The notes below the pieces were generated by a model. That model did no database searches and was not told the origin of the DNA. It saw nothing but the letters and a program-made list of their open reading frames with translations. Positions 12,105-22,656 of a stretch of DNA of 64,000 bases are shown here, piece after piece. The position numbers were made by a program, and so were the translations under genes. The DNA comes from an uncultured Clostridia bacterium (lineage in GTDB: Bacteria; Bacillota; Clostridia; HGM11514). Position 1 is the stretch's first letter. Every line of letters starts with the position of its first letter. Location: contig CAKSKB010000004.1 of the NCBI GenBank assembly GCA_934464705.1, forward strand, positions 9,570 to 73,569, written 5' to 3'.

Positions 12105-12359
12105 TTATTGAACTTTTTCAACAATTTCAACCAGTCTCCATCTCTTGTCCTTGGAGAGGGGTCTGGTTTCCATGATTTTAACTGTATCACCGATGCTGCA
12201 CTCGTTGTTTTCATCATGCGCCTTAAACTTAATCGTACGCTTTACGATTTTGCCGTATAAGGGATGCTTTACATTATCAACGATGGAAACAACAATGGTC
12301 TTATCCATTTTATTGCTGGTTACTTTACCTATTCTGGTTTTTCTTAATGCTCTTTCCAT
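12105..12359 (-). CDS. rpsQ: 30S ribosomal protein S17
   Basis: 84 aa, [14 protein letters not shown]. Confidence 0.95.
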   Translation of the reverse strand: MERALRKTRIGKVTSNKMDKTIVVSIVDNVKHPLYGKIVKRTIKFKAHDENNECSIGDTVKIMETRPLSKDKRWRLVEIVEKVQ

Positions 12360-12375
12360 TATTTACATCCTCCTC

Positions 12376-12573
12376 TCATTCAGCGGCCGTGCGGCGTTCT
12401 CTTATAATGGTTTTAACTCGTGCAATTGTCTTTTTAACCTCAACAATTCTCATGGGATTGTCGAGCTGATTTGTGGCATTCTGAAATTTAAGGTTAAAAA
12501 GTTCCGCTCTCAGCTCGTTTTCCTTGGTGTGGAGCTCTTCCACGGACATTTCTCTTAACTCATTAGTTTTCAT
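12376..12573 (-). CDS. rpmC: 50S ribosomal protein L29
   Basis: [31 protein letters not shown]. True ATG at 12573 has a GAGGAAGGTG RBS and overlaps the 3' end of rplP by 11 nt (coupling). Confidence 0.93.
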   Translation of the reverse strand: MKTNELREMSVEELHTKENELRAELFNLKFQNATNQLDNPMRIVEVKKTIARVKTIIRERRTAAE

Positions 12574-12991
12574 TACTGTCACCTTCCTCTCGTGCAATAA
12601 TCTTACACTTTACGGGGAGCTTGTGCATAGCAAGTCTGAGTGCTTCTTTGGAAACGGCTTCGCTTACGCCGCCGATTTCAAACATAACTCTGCCCGGCTT
12701 AACTACTGCTACCCAGTATTCGGGAGAACCTTTACCGGAACCCATTCGTGTTTCGGCAGGTTTTTCTGTTACGGGCTTGTCAGGGAAAATCTTAATCCAA
12801 ACCTGACCGCCTCTCTTTGTATATCTTGTCATAGCGATTCTGGCAGCTTCGATCTGATTGCTTGTGATCCAAGCCGGCTCTGTGGCAACGATACCGAAAT
12901 CACCGTATGTTACCTTGTTGCCGCGAAGCGCCTTACCTTTTAAACGACCGCGCATAACTCTGCGGTATTTAACTCTCTTAGGCAGTAACAT
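12563..12991 (-). CDS. rplP: 50S ribosomal protein L16
   Basis: [21 protein letters not shown]. Confidence 0.95.
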   Translation of the reverse strand: MLLPKRVKYRRVMRGRLKGKALRGNKVTYGDFGIVATEPAWITSNQIEAARIAMTRYTKRGGQVWIKIFPDKPVTEKPAETRMGSGKGSPEYWVAVVKPGRVMFEIGGVSEAVSKEALRLAMHKLPVKCKIIAREEGDSNEN

Positions 12992-13654
12992 TTATTTTCC
13001 TCCTTCCGACTTACGCGCCTTTTTGTTATCCGGAAGAACTTCACCCTTGTAAATCCAAACCTTTACGCCGATTTTACCGTAAGTTGTATCAGCTTCCCAG
13101 AAACCGTAGTCGATATCGGCTCTGAGGGTCTGAAGCGGAATAGTACCTTCATGATAATGCTCGGAGCGTGCGATTTCAGCGCCGCCGAGTCTGCCGGATA
13201 CAGTAGTTTTTATACCCTTAGCATTAAGTCTCATAGTTCTCTGCATAGCCTGCTTCATAGCTCTTCTGAAAGAGATACGCTTTTCGAGCTGAGCTGCGAT
13301 GTTTTCGGCTACAAGCTGAGCACTCAAATCGGGTTGTTTTACTTCAACGACATTAATAATAACATCCTTTTTAATCAGCTTAGTAACAGCTGCCTTAACT
13401 TTTTCTATTTCAGCGCCTTTTGTTCCGATAATGATACCGGGCTTTGCAGCGTGAATATTGATTCTTACCTTAGCCGCTCTTTCGATTTCGATACGGGCAA
13501 CGCCTGCCTGAAAAAGCATCTTTTTAAGCATTTTTCTGATCTTGTAATCTTCTACAAGATTGTTGCCGTACTCGCTCTTGGGAGCATACCATTTGGAATC
13601 CCAGTCAGCGATAACGCCGACGCGAAGACCATGCGGATTGACTTTCTGGCCCAT
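12992..13654 (-). CDS. rpsC: 30S ribosomal protein S3
   Basis: [17 protein letters not shown] domain. Confidence 0.95.
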   Translation of the reverse strand: MGQKVNPHGLRVGVIADWDSKWYAPKSEYGNNLVEDYKIRKMLKKMLFQAGVARIEIERAAKVRINIHAAKPGIIIGTKGAEIEKVKAAVTKLIKKDVIINVVEVKQPDLSAQLVAENIAAQLEKRISFRRAMKQAMQRTMRLNAKGIKTTVSGRLGGAEIARSEHYHEGTIPLQTLRADIDYGFWEADTTYGKIGVKVWIYKGEVLPDNKKARKSEGGK

Positions 13655-13670
13655 GTTTAAGCCTCCTTCT

Positions 13671-14006
13671 TTATTCTTTTTCCTTTAACACCAGTGTGAT
13701 ATGACTTGTTCTTTTTCTGATACGAAAAGCTCTTCCCTGTGCTCTGGGTCTAACTCTCTTGAGTGTAGGACCTGCGTTAGCGAAGCACTCTGCAATGTAA
13801 AGCTTATCAACATCCATTTCGTGGTTGTTTGAAGCGTTAGCGATTGCGGAATTAAGGAGCTTTATGAGCAGCTCACTTGCTGCCTTGGGTGTATTTTTCA
13901 GAATACCCATCGCTGTTCCGACAGGCTTATTTCTGATTAAATCAAGAACGATTTTAACTTTTCTTGAAGAAATACGAGCGTAGCTCAGTGTTGCTTTTGC
14001 CTCCAT
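13671..14006 (-). CDS. rplV: 50S ribosomal protein L22
   Basis: 111 aa, L22 signature. Confidence 0.95.
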   Translation of the reverse strand: MEAKATLSYARISSRKVKIVLDLIRNKPVGTAMGILKNTPKAASELLIKLLNSAIANASNNHEMDVDKLYIAECFANAGPTLKRVRPRAQGRAFRIRKRTSHITLVLKEKE

Positions 14007-14048
14007 TAGAAGCTGCCTCCTTTCACCAAATCATCTTTGGCATACGAA

Positions 14049-14321
14049 TTATTTGCTTGTTTTAGCACCTGCGTGACCCTTAAATGTTCTTGTGGGAACA
14101 AATTCACCGAGTCTGTGTCCTACCATATCCTCGGTAAGGTATACCGGAACATGCTTTCTGCCGTCATGAACTGCGATTGTGTGACCAACCATTTCAGGGA
14201 AAATAGTGCTTGCTCTTTTCCATGTTTTAAGAACTCTCTTTTCGCCGGCCTCGTTCATTTCGGTAATTCTTTTTAATAATCGTTCATCAACGTAAGGTCC
14301 TTTTTTAATTGATCTGCTCAA
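14049..14321 (-). CDS. rpsS: 30S ribosomal protein S19
   Basis: [19 protein letters not shown]. Confidence 0.95.
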   Translation of the reverse strand: MSRSIKKGPYVDERLLKRITEMNEAGEKRVLKTWKRASTIFPEMVGHTIAVHDGRKHVPVYLTEDMVGHRLGEFVPTRTFKGHAGAKTSK

Positions 14322-14357
14322 TGTTATGCCTCCTTCCTCAGGATTAACAAAAATTTA

Positions 14358-15191
14358 TTACTTACCGTTTCTTCTCTTAACGATAAACTTGTCGTTAATA
14401 TTCTTTTTCTTTCTGGTCTTGTAACCGAGAGCAGGCTTACCCCAAGGTGTAACAGGGCTCGGTCTGCCGATAGGCGACTTACCTTCACCACCGCCGTGCG
14501 GATGGTCGTTCGGGTTCATAACAACGCCTCGAACGGTAGGTCTCCAGCCCATGTGGCGTTTTCTTCCTGCCTTACCGATTGAGATGTTTTCATGATCGAG
14601 ATTACCAACCTGACCGATTGTTGCGCGGCAGTTGATTCTGATTTTTCTTACTTCGCCCGAAGGAAGTCTTACCTGAGCGTAATCGCCTTCCTTAGCCATA
14701 AGCTGAGCGGCATTACCTGCGGAACGAACAAGCTGAGCGCCTCTTTTGGGGGCAAGCTCGATATTGTGGATAAGCGTACCAACGGGAATCTGGCTGAGTT
14801 CAAGCGTATTGCCGGGCTTGATGTCAGCGCCTTCGCCGGAAATAACCGTATCTCCGACTTTAAGGCCGTTGGGAGCGATGATATAGCTCTTTACGCCGTC
14901 TTCATACTGAATGAGAGCGATGTTGGCGCTTCTGTTAGGATCGTATTCGATTGTCATAACGGAAGCGGGCATACCGTCTTTCAGTCTTTTGAAGTCGATA
15001 ATTCTGTATTTTTTCTTGGCACCGCCGCCTCTGTGGCGAACGGTAATTCTACCGTATGAGTTCCTGCCGGCATGTTTTTTAAGAGCCTTTACGAGGGACT
15101 TTTCGGGCTTTGTAGCCGTAATTTCCTCGAAGGTCGAAACCGTCATAGTTCTTCTTGCCGGGGAGGTAGGATTGTATTTTTTAATTGCCAT
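14358..15191 (-). CDS. rplB: 50S ribosomal protein L2
   Basis: 277 aa, [14 protein letters not shown]...[14 protein letters not shown]. Confidence 0.95.
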   Translation of the reverse strand: MAIKKYNPTSPARRTMTVSTFEEITATKPEKSLVKALKKHAGRNSYGRITVRHRGGGAKKKYRIIDFKRLKDGMPASVMTIEYDPNRSANIALIQYEDGVKSYIIAPNGLKVGDTVISGEGADIKPGNTLELSQIPVGTLIHNIELAPKRGAQLVRSAGNAAQLMAKEGDYAQVRLPSGEVRKIRINCRATIGQVGNLDHENISIGKAGRKRHMGWRPTVRGVVMNPNDHPHGGGEGKSPIGRPSPVTPWGKPALGYKTRKKKNINDKFIVKRRNGK

Positions 15192-15226
15192 CCTTAATTC
15201 TCCTCACTTTCTTCAATCTGCGGGTA

Positions 15227-15523
15227 TTAGTTGATACCCTCAAAGAATTCTATTGTCTTGCTGTCGTCTGTCAGCTTAACTATTGCCTTTTTCCAGTCGG
15301 GTCTTTTACCAACATGAACGCCCATTCTCTTTTTCTTGCCGAGAACTCTCATGGTCGTTACGCTTTCAACAATCGTACCCGGGAAAATCTTTTCAACTGC
15401 GTGCTTGATTTCAATCTTGTTAGCAGTGAGAGCAACTTCAAATGTATATTTCCTGTCCTGCATATTGCTCATGCTTGATTCGGAAACAATAGGTCTTTTA
15501 ATAATGTCGTATACACTTTTCAT
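15227..15523 (-). CDS. rplW: 50S ribosomal protein L23
   Basis: 98 aa, L23 signature. Confidence 0.93.
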   Translation of the reverse strand: MKSVYDIIKRPIVSESSMSNMQDRKYTFEVALTANKIEIKHAVEKIFPGTIVESVTTMRVLGKKKRMGVHVGKRPDWKKAIVKLTDDSKTIEFFEGIN

Positions 15524-16143
15524 TATGCATATACCTCCTCGATTTTTCCGAGAGCGTCCTTAGCTATAACAAGCTTACCGCTGTTGAGCACCTCGTAAGT
15601 ATTAAGGTTTGAAGCATAAGTTGTGTTTACCTTTTCGATATTTCTTGCGGAAAGTACAACATTTGCGTCACTTTCGGGTGTAACGATAAGAGCCTTGCCT
15701 TCAACATTGAGGGCTTTAAGCATGTTTGCAACCTGCTTAGTTTTGATTTCGTCGAACTTGATTGCATCAACAACAATGATTTCTTCTGCTGCTGCCTTTG
15801 AGCTGAGTGCCGACTTCAATGCCAGACGCTTCATCTTCTTGTTAAGTGAATATCTGTAACTTCTGGGTTTCGGACCGAGTGCAACGCCGCCGCCTGTCCA
15901 CTGAGGTGAACGGATGCTGCCCTGTCTTGCACGGCCTGTACCCTTCTGTCTCCACGGCTTAATACCGCCGCCGCTTACTTCAGTTCTTGTTTTGGTGCTC
16001 TGAGTACCCTGTCTCTGATTAGCCAGATAGTTTTTAACAACCTCATGCATAACGCATGCGTTAACTTCCTGACCGAATATAGCGTCGTTCAATTCAACTT
16101 CGCCTATTTTATCACCGCTTATATTATATAAAGCTACCTGCAT
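15523..16143 (-). CDS. rplD: 50S ribosomal protein L4
   Basis: [23 protein letters not shown] at 16143 has AAGGAGG 9 nt upstream; the caller's TTG at 16164 lies inside the RBS. Confidence 0.93.
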   Translation of the reverse strand: MQVALYNISGDKIGEVELNDAIFGQEVNACVMHEVVKNYLANQRQGTQSTKTRTEVSGGGIKPWRQKGTGRARQGSIRSPQWTGGGVALGPKPRSYRYSLNKKMKRLALKSALSSKAAAEEIIVVDAIKFDEIKTKQVANMLKALNVEGKALIVTPESDANVVLSARNIEKVNTTYASNLNTYEVLNSGKLVIAKDALGKIEEVYA

Positions 16144-16175
16144 GTGGAATATCCTCCTTTCCAAACCGTACGCGG

Positions 16176-16811
16176 TTATTTACCGCATTTAACAGTATTC
16201 TTTATTGTAACAATACCGCCCTTGGGACCCGGAACTGCGCCCTTAACGAGTATCAGATTCTTTTCTTCATCGACCTTTACAATGTCAAGGTTCTGAACGG
16301 TAACCTTATCCACACCGAAGTGACCCGGGAGCTTTTTACCCTTCATAACCTTACCGGGATAGGAGCAGGCACCCATGGAACCTACGCCTCTGTGGTAACC
16401 GGAACCGTGAGCCATAGGACCTCTGTGAGTTCCCCATCTCTTAACCGTACCGGCGAAACCGTGACCCTTTGAAATACCGGAAACATCAACCTTTTCGCCT
16501 TCTGCAAAAACAGAAGCCTTGATTTCGTCGCCTACATTCATTTCGCTTGCATTGTCAAGTCTGAATTCACGAAGGAATTTCTTAAACGCTACACCGCTCT
16601 TCTGGAAATGACCCTTAGCGGGTTTGGTGAGCTTCTTTTCCTCGATATCAGCGAAGCCGACCTGAACCGCCGAATAGCCGTCCTTTTCAACTTCCTTCTT
16701 CTGAACTACTGTGCACGGACCTGCTTCAATTACCGTAACGGGAACAAGTACGCCGTCGGCATTGAAAAGCTGAGTCATTCCGAGCTTTTTTCCGATAATT
16801 GCTTTCTGCAT
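16176..16811 (-). CDS. rplC: 50S ribosomal protein L3
   Basis: [16 protein letters not shown]. Confidence 0.95.
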   Translation of the reverse strand: MQKAIIGKKLGMTQLFNADGVLVPVTVIEAGPCTVVQKKEVEKDGYSAVQVGFADIEEKKLTKPAKGHFQKSGVAFKKFLREFRLDNASEMNVGDEIKASVFAEGEKVDVSGISKGHGFAGTVKRWGTHRGPMAHGSGYHRGVGSMGACSYPGKVMKGKKLPGHFGVDKVTVQNLDIVKVDEEKNLILVKGAVPGPKGGIVTIKNTVKCGK

Positions 16812-16881
16812 TACTATTTACCTCCTAAATGGTTATTGGTTGACCGCACCGGCCAACATGACCTGCCGCCATAACGGCTTC

Positions 16882-17196
16882 TTACAGCTTGATTTCGATA
16901 TCAACGCCTGCAGGTAAGTCAAACTTAGATAATTCGTCAACAGTCTTTGCTGTCGGCAGAAGGATGTCGATTAAGCGTTTGTGCGTTCTGAGCTCAAACT
17001 GCTCACGGCTGTCCTTATACTTGTGAACCGCACGAAGAATTGTAACAACTTCTTTGCGTGTGGGGAGCGGGATAGGACCCGAAACCTTTGCGCCGGTTCT
17101 TTTTGCTGTTTCTACGATCCTTTCCGCCGTCTGGTCGAGAAGCATATGATCGTAACCTTTAAGTCTGATTCTCATCTTGTCTTTTACAGCTGCCAT
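16882..17196 (-). CDS. rpsJ: 30S ribosomal protein S10
   Basis: [52 protein letters not shown] at 17196 has TAGGAGG 10 nt upstream; the caller's ORF carries 29 spurious upstream codons. Confidence 0.93.
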   Translation of the reverse strand: MAAVKDKMRIRLKGYDHMLLDQTAERIVETAKRTGAKVSGPIPLPTRKEVVTILRAVHKYKDSREQFELRTHKRLIDILLPTAKTVDELSKFDLPAGVDIEIKL

Positions 17197-17570
17197 TAAA
17201 TGCTCGCCTCCTATTCTATTGTTTGTTGTTTTTGTTCGTACGCACAACAGAGGAAGTTCTGTACACACATCCGGGTGTGTCACCCAATTTCATAATTAAA
17301 CCCACTTTCAAAGTGGGTATTTCAGCAAACAGATACATATTTTGTCTTACCGCCGGACTTATGAAGAGCAGCGCGTCGGCGCAGGCTTCACAGTTTCCGC
17401 GAAACTGACAATCCCCGAAGGGAGCATATGTTCGCACATAGCTTATGAAAAAGCTGTGTACAGTGATTTCTGTCGCCCGGTTTTGAAAACCGGACATTCT
17501 CCACGGAAAAACCAACCGTTTTGCGGGTTGCAACCTCCCGTTTCATCGTATGCCATACATCACAATTCGA
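17197..17570 (-). promoter_or_regulatory. ~370-nt structured 5' leader of the S10 operon (function unknown)
   Basis: Lies between the consensus promoter and the rpsJ RBS. Several stable hairpins are visible on the minus strand (GGTTGCAACCCGC.., GTCCGGTTTTCAAAACCGGGC, ACCCACTTTGAAAGTGGGT followed by UUAAUUAU). No credible ORF. Confidence 0.45.
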
Positions 17571-17571
17571 T

Positions 17572-17600
17572 ATTATACTACATTCCGAAGGAAAAATCAA
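17572..17600 (-). promoter_or_regulatory. Sigma-A promoter of the S10 operon
   Basis: Minus strand reads TTGATT-17 nt-TATAAT, with an AT-rich UP-like tract upstream (17601-17650). Confidence 0.7.
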
Positions 17601-17651
17601 GCATTATTTTTAAAAAAATCTTCATTTTTGAATTTTTGGCGTTTTGACATA

Positions 17652-17705
17652 CAAAAACCGCAAAAAACAGCCGTATTGTTGTGATTTCGCACAACAATAC
17701 GGCTG
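17652..17705 (-). terminator. Rho-independent terminator of the LRR surface-protein operon
   Basis: Perfect 16-bp stem CAGCCGTATTGTTGTG/CACAACAATACGGCTG with 6-nt loop, followed on the minus strand by TTTTTTGCGGTTTTTG. Confidence 0.85.
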
Positions 17706-17745
17706 CGGTTAATTTTATAAAAATCGAGTTTCTTCCTATTATATA

Positions 17746-20454
17746 TTACTTCACCATGACCGTTTCCGGAATCTTTGCATAAGGCGACATATCGTCGTTC
17801 CAGATAAAGATTTTCACCGCAACCGAGTCGCCGCTGAGTATAAGCTTCTGCGCGGCAGCACCGGACACTGCCGTTTTTGCGTCCTTAAGAACACCGTTTC
17901 GGTCAAAGCCGGCGGCAATGATTTTCTTTCCGTCCGGAACATTATATGCAGCAACGCTTACCTCGCAGCCGCCTTCTGTTTTGGAAGCGCTGCTCTTTGT
18001 GTACGGAGCGCTGAACTCGGTTTTTGCAGTTTCAAAAGTATCGTTTCCGACATCTACCGAAACGCTTTCCCACTGCCCGGGAGTTCCGGTATAAATTTTT
18101 TCCGTAATATTATCGCAGTAACCGAAAGCGTACCACCCGATTTTCTTAACGCTCTCCGGAATAAGAACCGAACAGAGGTTTTTGGCATAATAAGCGGCAT
18201 AGTCCGCTATGGTTACAACCGTATCGGGTATGTAAAACACAGTGTCCGGTTTACAGCCCGGATAAGCAAGCAGTTCCGTCATATCGGCATTATAAAGCGC
18301 ACCGTCAAAGCCCTTGTACGCCGTATTACCTTCCGCAACGGTTATGCTTTCAAGGTCATAGCATAATGAAAAAGCAGATTCATCCATATTTGTCACGCTC
18401 GCCGGAACGGTAACGGATTTCAGCATTTCGGAGTTTGATACAACATATCCTCCCAAATATTCAATTCCTTCGCACAAAATGAGTTCTTCAAGCTTTTCGC
18501 ATGCCGAGAACGCATCGGATTCAATTGTTTTAACGGTGCCGGGTACGGTTATTTTTACAAGCTTTTTGTTATCGGCAAAAGCGCTTGAGGAAATCGTGTT
18601 GACCGAAGCCGGCACGGTAAATTCGGACCCGGCTTTGGCGTTCGGATAAGCTGTAAGCACAGTTTTTTCCTTATTATAAAGTATTCCGTCCTCCGCGCAA
18701 AAATATCGGTTATCGGCATCAACAGCGAACTCCGTCATTTTCCTGCAGCTCGAAAATGCTCCTTCCGGGATTCGCTCAACACTTTCCGGAATAGTTATTT
18801 TCTCAATTTTGTTATTGTAATTCCAAGTAAACGCTCCGGATGCAATGCGTTTCGTTTCGGGTTCGATATTTAACTCCGCACGGCTTAGATCTGCCTCAAT
18901 CAGCCAACAGCCGTTATAAAGACTGCCGTTTTTTCTGTTGCTTTGGTTTCTGTAATATTCCGCAGCCGTTTTTGCGGTATCGCCGTTGAAAATTTTTCTT
19001 CCGAGTTCGGTAACCGAATCGGGTATTTCAGCCTCGGCAAGCGATGTGCAGTTATAAAACGCTTCCTCCCCTATTTTTTCAAGACCGTCATTCATAATAA
19101 CTTTTTTAATCAAAGCATTTCCGGCAAATGCGTTATTCTCAATTCGGCGCACGGTCGAAGGAAGTGCGTATTCCTCGCCGAACTTTGCAGTCGGATAAAA
19201 AATCAGCTGCGACTGCGTTTTATCGTACAAAACCCCGTTATCGGAGGAATATACGCTGTTTCCGCTGCCGATGGTTATTGATTTCAAGGAGGTCATGTAA
19301 GCGCCGCTGTAGGCATAATACATAATTATTTTTCCGATTTTGACTACACTGTCGGGAATAACAAGTTCCTCAAGCGAAGAGCAGCCCTGAAATGCAGAGT
19401 CCTGAATTTCTTCAACACCGTTTTCAATGGTAATGTTTTCAAGAGAAGAACAGCTTGAAAACGCAAAAGCACCGATTCTTTTTACGCTTCCGGGAACCAT
19501 TATATCGGTTATGGGGCAATTCGCAAACATTTCGGAGGGTATTACCGAAACACCGTCTTCGATAACGGCATTGGCGAGGTTTTTACAGGAATAGTACACA
19601 TCGCCGCCGTATTCAATCCCGGCATACACCGTGACATCGGTAAGCCCCGTACCCCAGAATGCTCTTGAATCGATTTTCCTGACCTTGTCCTTTGAAAAAT
19701 TCACGGTTTTGAGCGAAGAACAGCCGTAAAATGCGCCGTAGCCTATTTTTTCAACGGAGTCGGGAAGCGTAAAGCTTTCCTCTGTTTTCGCAAGCGGTCT
19801 TGCTATAAACTCGGTTTTGTCAAAGTTATAGAGATTTCCTTCGGAATCCGCAGAATAATACCTGTTTTCGGGAGCCACTTTAATTTGCGAAATACCGCTG
19901 CTCCCGATAAGCACAAGCTCCTCAAAATAATTTACATTCTTGGGAACCGTAAATTCCGTAAGCCCCGTGCATCTGCCGAATGCGGCATAATTGATAGTTT
20001 CCACGCTGTCCGGGAGAGAAACGGAAGAAAGCGACGAACAATTGTAAAATGCGTTGCTCTTTATTTCTTTAAGCGACGATGACCACCTGATTCCCGCAAT
20101 GCCGCTGCAGCCGGAAAATGCAGACTCACCTATTTTTGTTACGGTATCCGCAATTGAAACAGACTCAATACTGCTCATGCCACAAAATGCATAACCGCCT
20201 ATATCGGTTACACCGTCTTTAATTTCAACGGTTTTTACATCTTTGATATCGCTCCACGGCGGTTCAAAGGTAAAACTGTAACGGATCATGTTTCCGCTGC
20301 CGCTTACGGTAAGCCGCTTGGAAGAAGCGTCATAATTCCATACAAGGTTTGCTCCGCAGGTTCCGCTCTGTTCTGCGGCGTATATGCCGCACGGAATCAG
20401 TGAAAAGAGCAGGCACAGCACAATCGCAAAAGACAAAAAACTTCTGTTTCTCAT
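17746..20454 (-). CDS. Secreted BspA-type leucine-rich-repeat (LRR_5) surface protein with a conserved C-terminal domain
   Basis: Signal peptide MRNRSFLSFAIVLCLLFSLIPCGIYA. More than 20 repeats of the ..IG..AF..C..L..V.IP.SV..I.. type. ATG at 20454 has AAGGGGG RBS; the caller's TTG start lies in the RBS. The C-terminal ~100 aa resemble the C-terminus of the 45869-48277 protein. Confidence 0.8.
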   Translation of the reverse strand: MRNRSFLSFAIVLCLLFSLIPCGIYAAEQSGTCGANLVWNYDASSKRLTVSGSGNMIRYSFTFEPPWSDIKDVKTVEIKDGVTDIGGYAFCGMSSIESVSIADTVTKIGESAFSGCSGIAGIRWSSSLKEIKSNAFYNCSSLSSVSLPDSVETINYAAFGRCTGLTEFTVPKNVNYFEELVLIGSSGISQIKVAPENRYYSADSEGNLYNFDKTEFIARPLAKTEESFTLPDSVEKIGYGAFYGCSSLKTVNFSKDKVRKIDSRAFWGTGLTDVTVYAGIEYGGDVYYSCKNLANAVIEDGVSVIPSEMFANCPITDIMVPGSVKRIGAFAFSSCSSLENITIENGVEEIQDSAFQGCSSLEELVIPDSVVKIGKIIMYYAYSGAYMTSLKSITIGSGNSVYSSDNGVLYDKTQSQLIFYPTAKFGEEYALPSTVRRIENNAFAGNALIKKVIMNDGLEKIGEEAFYNCTSLAEAEIPDSVTELGRKIFNGDTAKTAAEYYRNQSNRKNGSLYNGCWLIEADLSRAELNIEPETKRIASGAFTWNYNNKIEKITIPESVERIPEGAFSSCRKMTEFAVDADNRYFCAEDGILYNKEKTVLTAYPNAKAGSEFTVPASVNTISSSAFADNKKLVKITVPGTVKTIESDAFSACEKLEELILCEGIEYLGGYVVSNSEMLKSVTVPASVTNMDESAFSLCYDLESITVAEGNTAYKGFDGALYNADMTELLAYPGCKPDTVFYIPDTVVTIADYAAYYAKNLCSVLIPESVKKIGWYAFGYCDNITEKIYTGTPGQWESVSVDVGNDTFETAKTEFSAPYTKSSASKTEGGCEVSVAAYNVPDGKKIIAAGFDRNGVLKDAKTAVSGAAAQKLILSGDSVAVKIFIWNDDMSPYAKIPETVMVK

Positions 20455-20478
20455 AACTAACCCCCTTGAAAACAAGAA

Positions 20479-22347
20479 TTATCCATTGTTAATCAAATAA
20501 TCAAATTTGCTGAAAAGAGTAGCGGTTTCTGCTCTTGTCGGCGCTTTCTTTGCACCGATAATATATTCACCGCCGTCATTATATTCAAACATAACGCTTT
20601 TCGCAAAGCACCAGTCTACGGCGTCATACGCCCAGCCGGAAATGTCTGTACTGTCAATACATGAAGAATAATCCAGGTATCTGTTATCTCCGAGGGTAAC
20701 ATCAATGCCTCTGCTCTGAGCGTAACGGTAAAAAATTGCCGCAATCTGCTCACGGTTTATTGTGAGGTCGGGACAGAATTCCGTATCGCTCATACCGCTT
20801 ATCACACCGTTTGCGCATGCCCAGTTAACCGCCTTTTTGTACCAGTCCTGCGTGAGGTCGGTAAATTTACAGGTTTCGGAAGCCTCCGGCTCACCCGCAA
20901 GGCGATAAAACATAGCTGCAAACTGCCCTCTTGTGATTGTTCCGTCGGGTGTGAATGTATCATCTCCCGTGCCTGCCATTATTCCCTTGTCAAGGCAATA
21001 CTCAACTGCGGAGTGGTTCGGGTCACCCTCTGCGCTCGCAAGGTCGATAAACCGCCTTACGGCACAGTTCTCGCCCTTTTCTTCGCAAGGCTGTCTTGAA
21101 TCCGCCGCAGCGGTCGGTTTGCCTGCCGAGATTTCAGAGCCGGTATCTATAAGAATGCACCTGAACCCGTTATCCTTTGCATACTGCTCTGCCGCACTGC
21201 CCGAATATGCACGGATTACGAAGTTTTCATTTCTCACATCACTTCCGTCGGCATAATCCCAGCCGAACGCCTGAAGCCCGATTTCGGTTACGGATTTCGG
21301 GATTGTAACTTCATTCAGCTTGTTACAGCGAAAAAACGCCATATCGCCTATTTTCTCAACGCCTTCCGAAATTGTGAGATTTGTCAGATTTTCGCACCAC
21401 GAAAATGCATTGTCTCCGATTTCCTTCACATTTCCCGGAATTACAACATTATCAAGATTTTGGCACCAATAAAACCCGAGATACGGAATCGCCTTCAGCG
21501 TTGACGGAATTTTAACGGATGTGATACCCGACATACCGAAAGAATCCTCGCACATAAGAGTTGTGCCTTCGCGTATTTCAATATCTCCCGTTGCCTCCCA
21601 TTCCCTGATCTGCCTGTTCTCGGTCGGTGCGGAAGGGTCTGCATTATCTATGTCGGCATACCCAATCCGAAGCCCTGCCAGAAGATACGGACCGCAGTAG
21701 AGAATATTATTCTCACGGTTTGACGGCTCGTTTACATATGCCGTACCGAAAAGAATATTCTTTCCGAGATATTCAAGGTTTTTCGGAAGGATAATTTCAG
21801 TCAGAGCCTCGCCTCCAATTGCTTCGCTTCCTATATATTTAACGCTATCGGGAATTTTCAGGCTCGTAAGCTTTTCGCCGCAGTTCATTATTCCGTAATC
21901 CTTTATAACCTCAAGCCCGTCGTTAAGTTCAAGATATTCAAGGTAACGGCAGTCTATCGCCCTGCTGCCGATTTCCTTCACGGTTTTCGGAAGTTTTATT
22001 CCGATAATTTTTCCGAAACCGTCACGAAGCGCATCGTTACCGATTGCGGCAACGGTATGCCCGTTGATTTCGGAAGGAATATCAAATTTGTAAGAAGCGC
22101 CCTCCATAAATTTCCCGGCATAGCCCGTAATCATCGCCGTGCCGTCCGCACGCACGGTGTAAAGCAGCGACGAATCATCGTTAGGGTCTTCCTTTTCACG
22201 AAGAATTTCGGCGTCTTCTGAAACCGCCGTAGCACTGCCCTCATATTCCTCCGTACCGTACTCCCTGTCCCACGCAGATACCGGCGCACATGCCGAAAAA
22301 AGCATTGCACCGGAAACAACTGCGCAAATAATCTTTTTTATTCTCAT
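20479..22347 (-). CDS. BspA-type LRR surface protein with three C-terminal S-layer-homology (SLH) domains
   Basis: Signal peptide MRIKKIICAVVSGAMLFSACAPVSA, followed by LRR_5 repeats. C-terminus contains FTPDGTITRGQFAAMFYRLAG, FCPDLTINREQIAAIFYRYAQ and PTRAETATLFSKF, which are typical SLH repeats. 24-nt gap to the downstream LRR gene. Confidence 0.8.
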   Translation of the reverse strand: MRIKKIICAVVSGAMLFSACAPVSAWDREYGTEEYEGSATAVSEDAEILREKEDPNDDSSLLYTVRADGTAMITGYAGKFMEGASYKFDIPSEINGHTVAAIGNDALRDGFGKIIGIKLPKTVKEIGSRAIDCRYLEYLELNDGLEVIKDYGIMNCGEKLTSLKIPDSVKYIGSEAIGGEALTEIILPKNLEYLGKNILFGTAYVNEPSNRENNILYCGPYLLAGLRIGYADIDNADPSAPTENRQIREWEATGDIEIREGTTLMCEDSFGMSGITSVKIPSTLKAIPYLGFYWCQNLDNVVIPGNVKEIGDNAFSWCENLTNLTISEGVEKIGDMAFFRCNKLNEVTIPKSVTEIGLQAFGWDYADGSDVRNENFVIRAYSGSAAEQYAKDNGFRCILIDTGSEISAGKPTAAADSRQPCEEKGENCAVRRFIDLASAEGDPNHSAVEYCLDKGIMAGTGDDTFTPDGTITRGQFAAMFYRLAGEPEASETCKFTDLTQDWYKKAVNWACANGVISGMSDTEFCPDLTINREQIAAIFYRYAQSRGIDVTLGDNRYLDYSSCIDSTDISGWAYDAVDWCFAKSVMFEYNDGGEYIIGAKKAPTRAETATLFSKFDYLINNG

Positions 22348-22366
22348 GAATACTCCCCCTTGATTT

Positions 22367-22618
22367 TCAGCAAATCAGATTTTTCAGTATGTAAACCATG
22401 ACCGTCCCCGGCAAACCGAGCACCCCGGACGCAAAAGCCGTAAACGGATTTATACCCACGGCGATTTTCGGAAACGCCGTATTCACAACAAACATAGCCG
22501 CCGTGCCGAGTATGAAATTGAGCAGAAAATACAGAACTCCCCTCAGCGGTTTTACAAGGCACATTACAATCACCGCAATAATTACGGCAGCCGCAGCTGC
22601 GGCAGCGTAGGTATTCAT
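22367..22618 (-). CDS. bofA: BofA-family membrane protein (pro-sigma-K processing inhibitor-like)
   Basis: 83 aa, two TM segments. C-terminal GVLGLPGTVMVYILKNL matches the BofA GILGIPGIAALVVIKHYI region. Start chosen at the internal ATG. Confidence 0.55.
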   Translation of the reverse strand: MNTYAAAAAAAVIIAVIVMCLVKPLRGVLYFLLNFILGTAAMFVVNTAFPKIAVGINPFTAFASGVLGLPGTVMVYILKNLIC

Positions 22619-22656
22619 AAGCTTCACCCCCGCTGCCATTATATGCTTACAGCTTT

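Noticed and set aside
17216-17533. 105-aa ORF inside the S10 leader
   Set aside because: No RBS; it spans the strong hairpins of the leader; no domain. More likely structured non-coding leader RNA.
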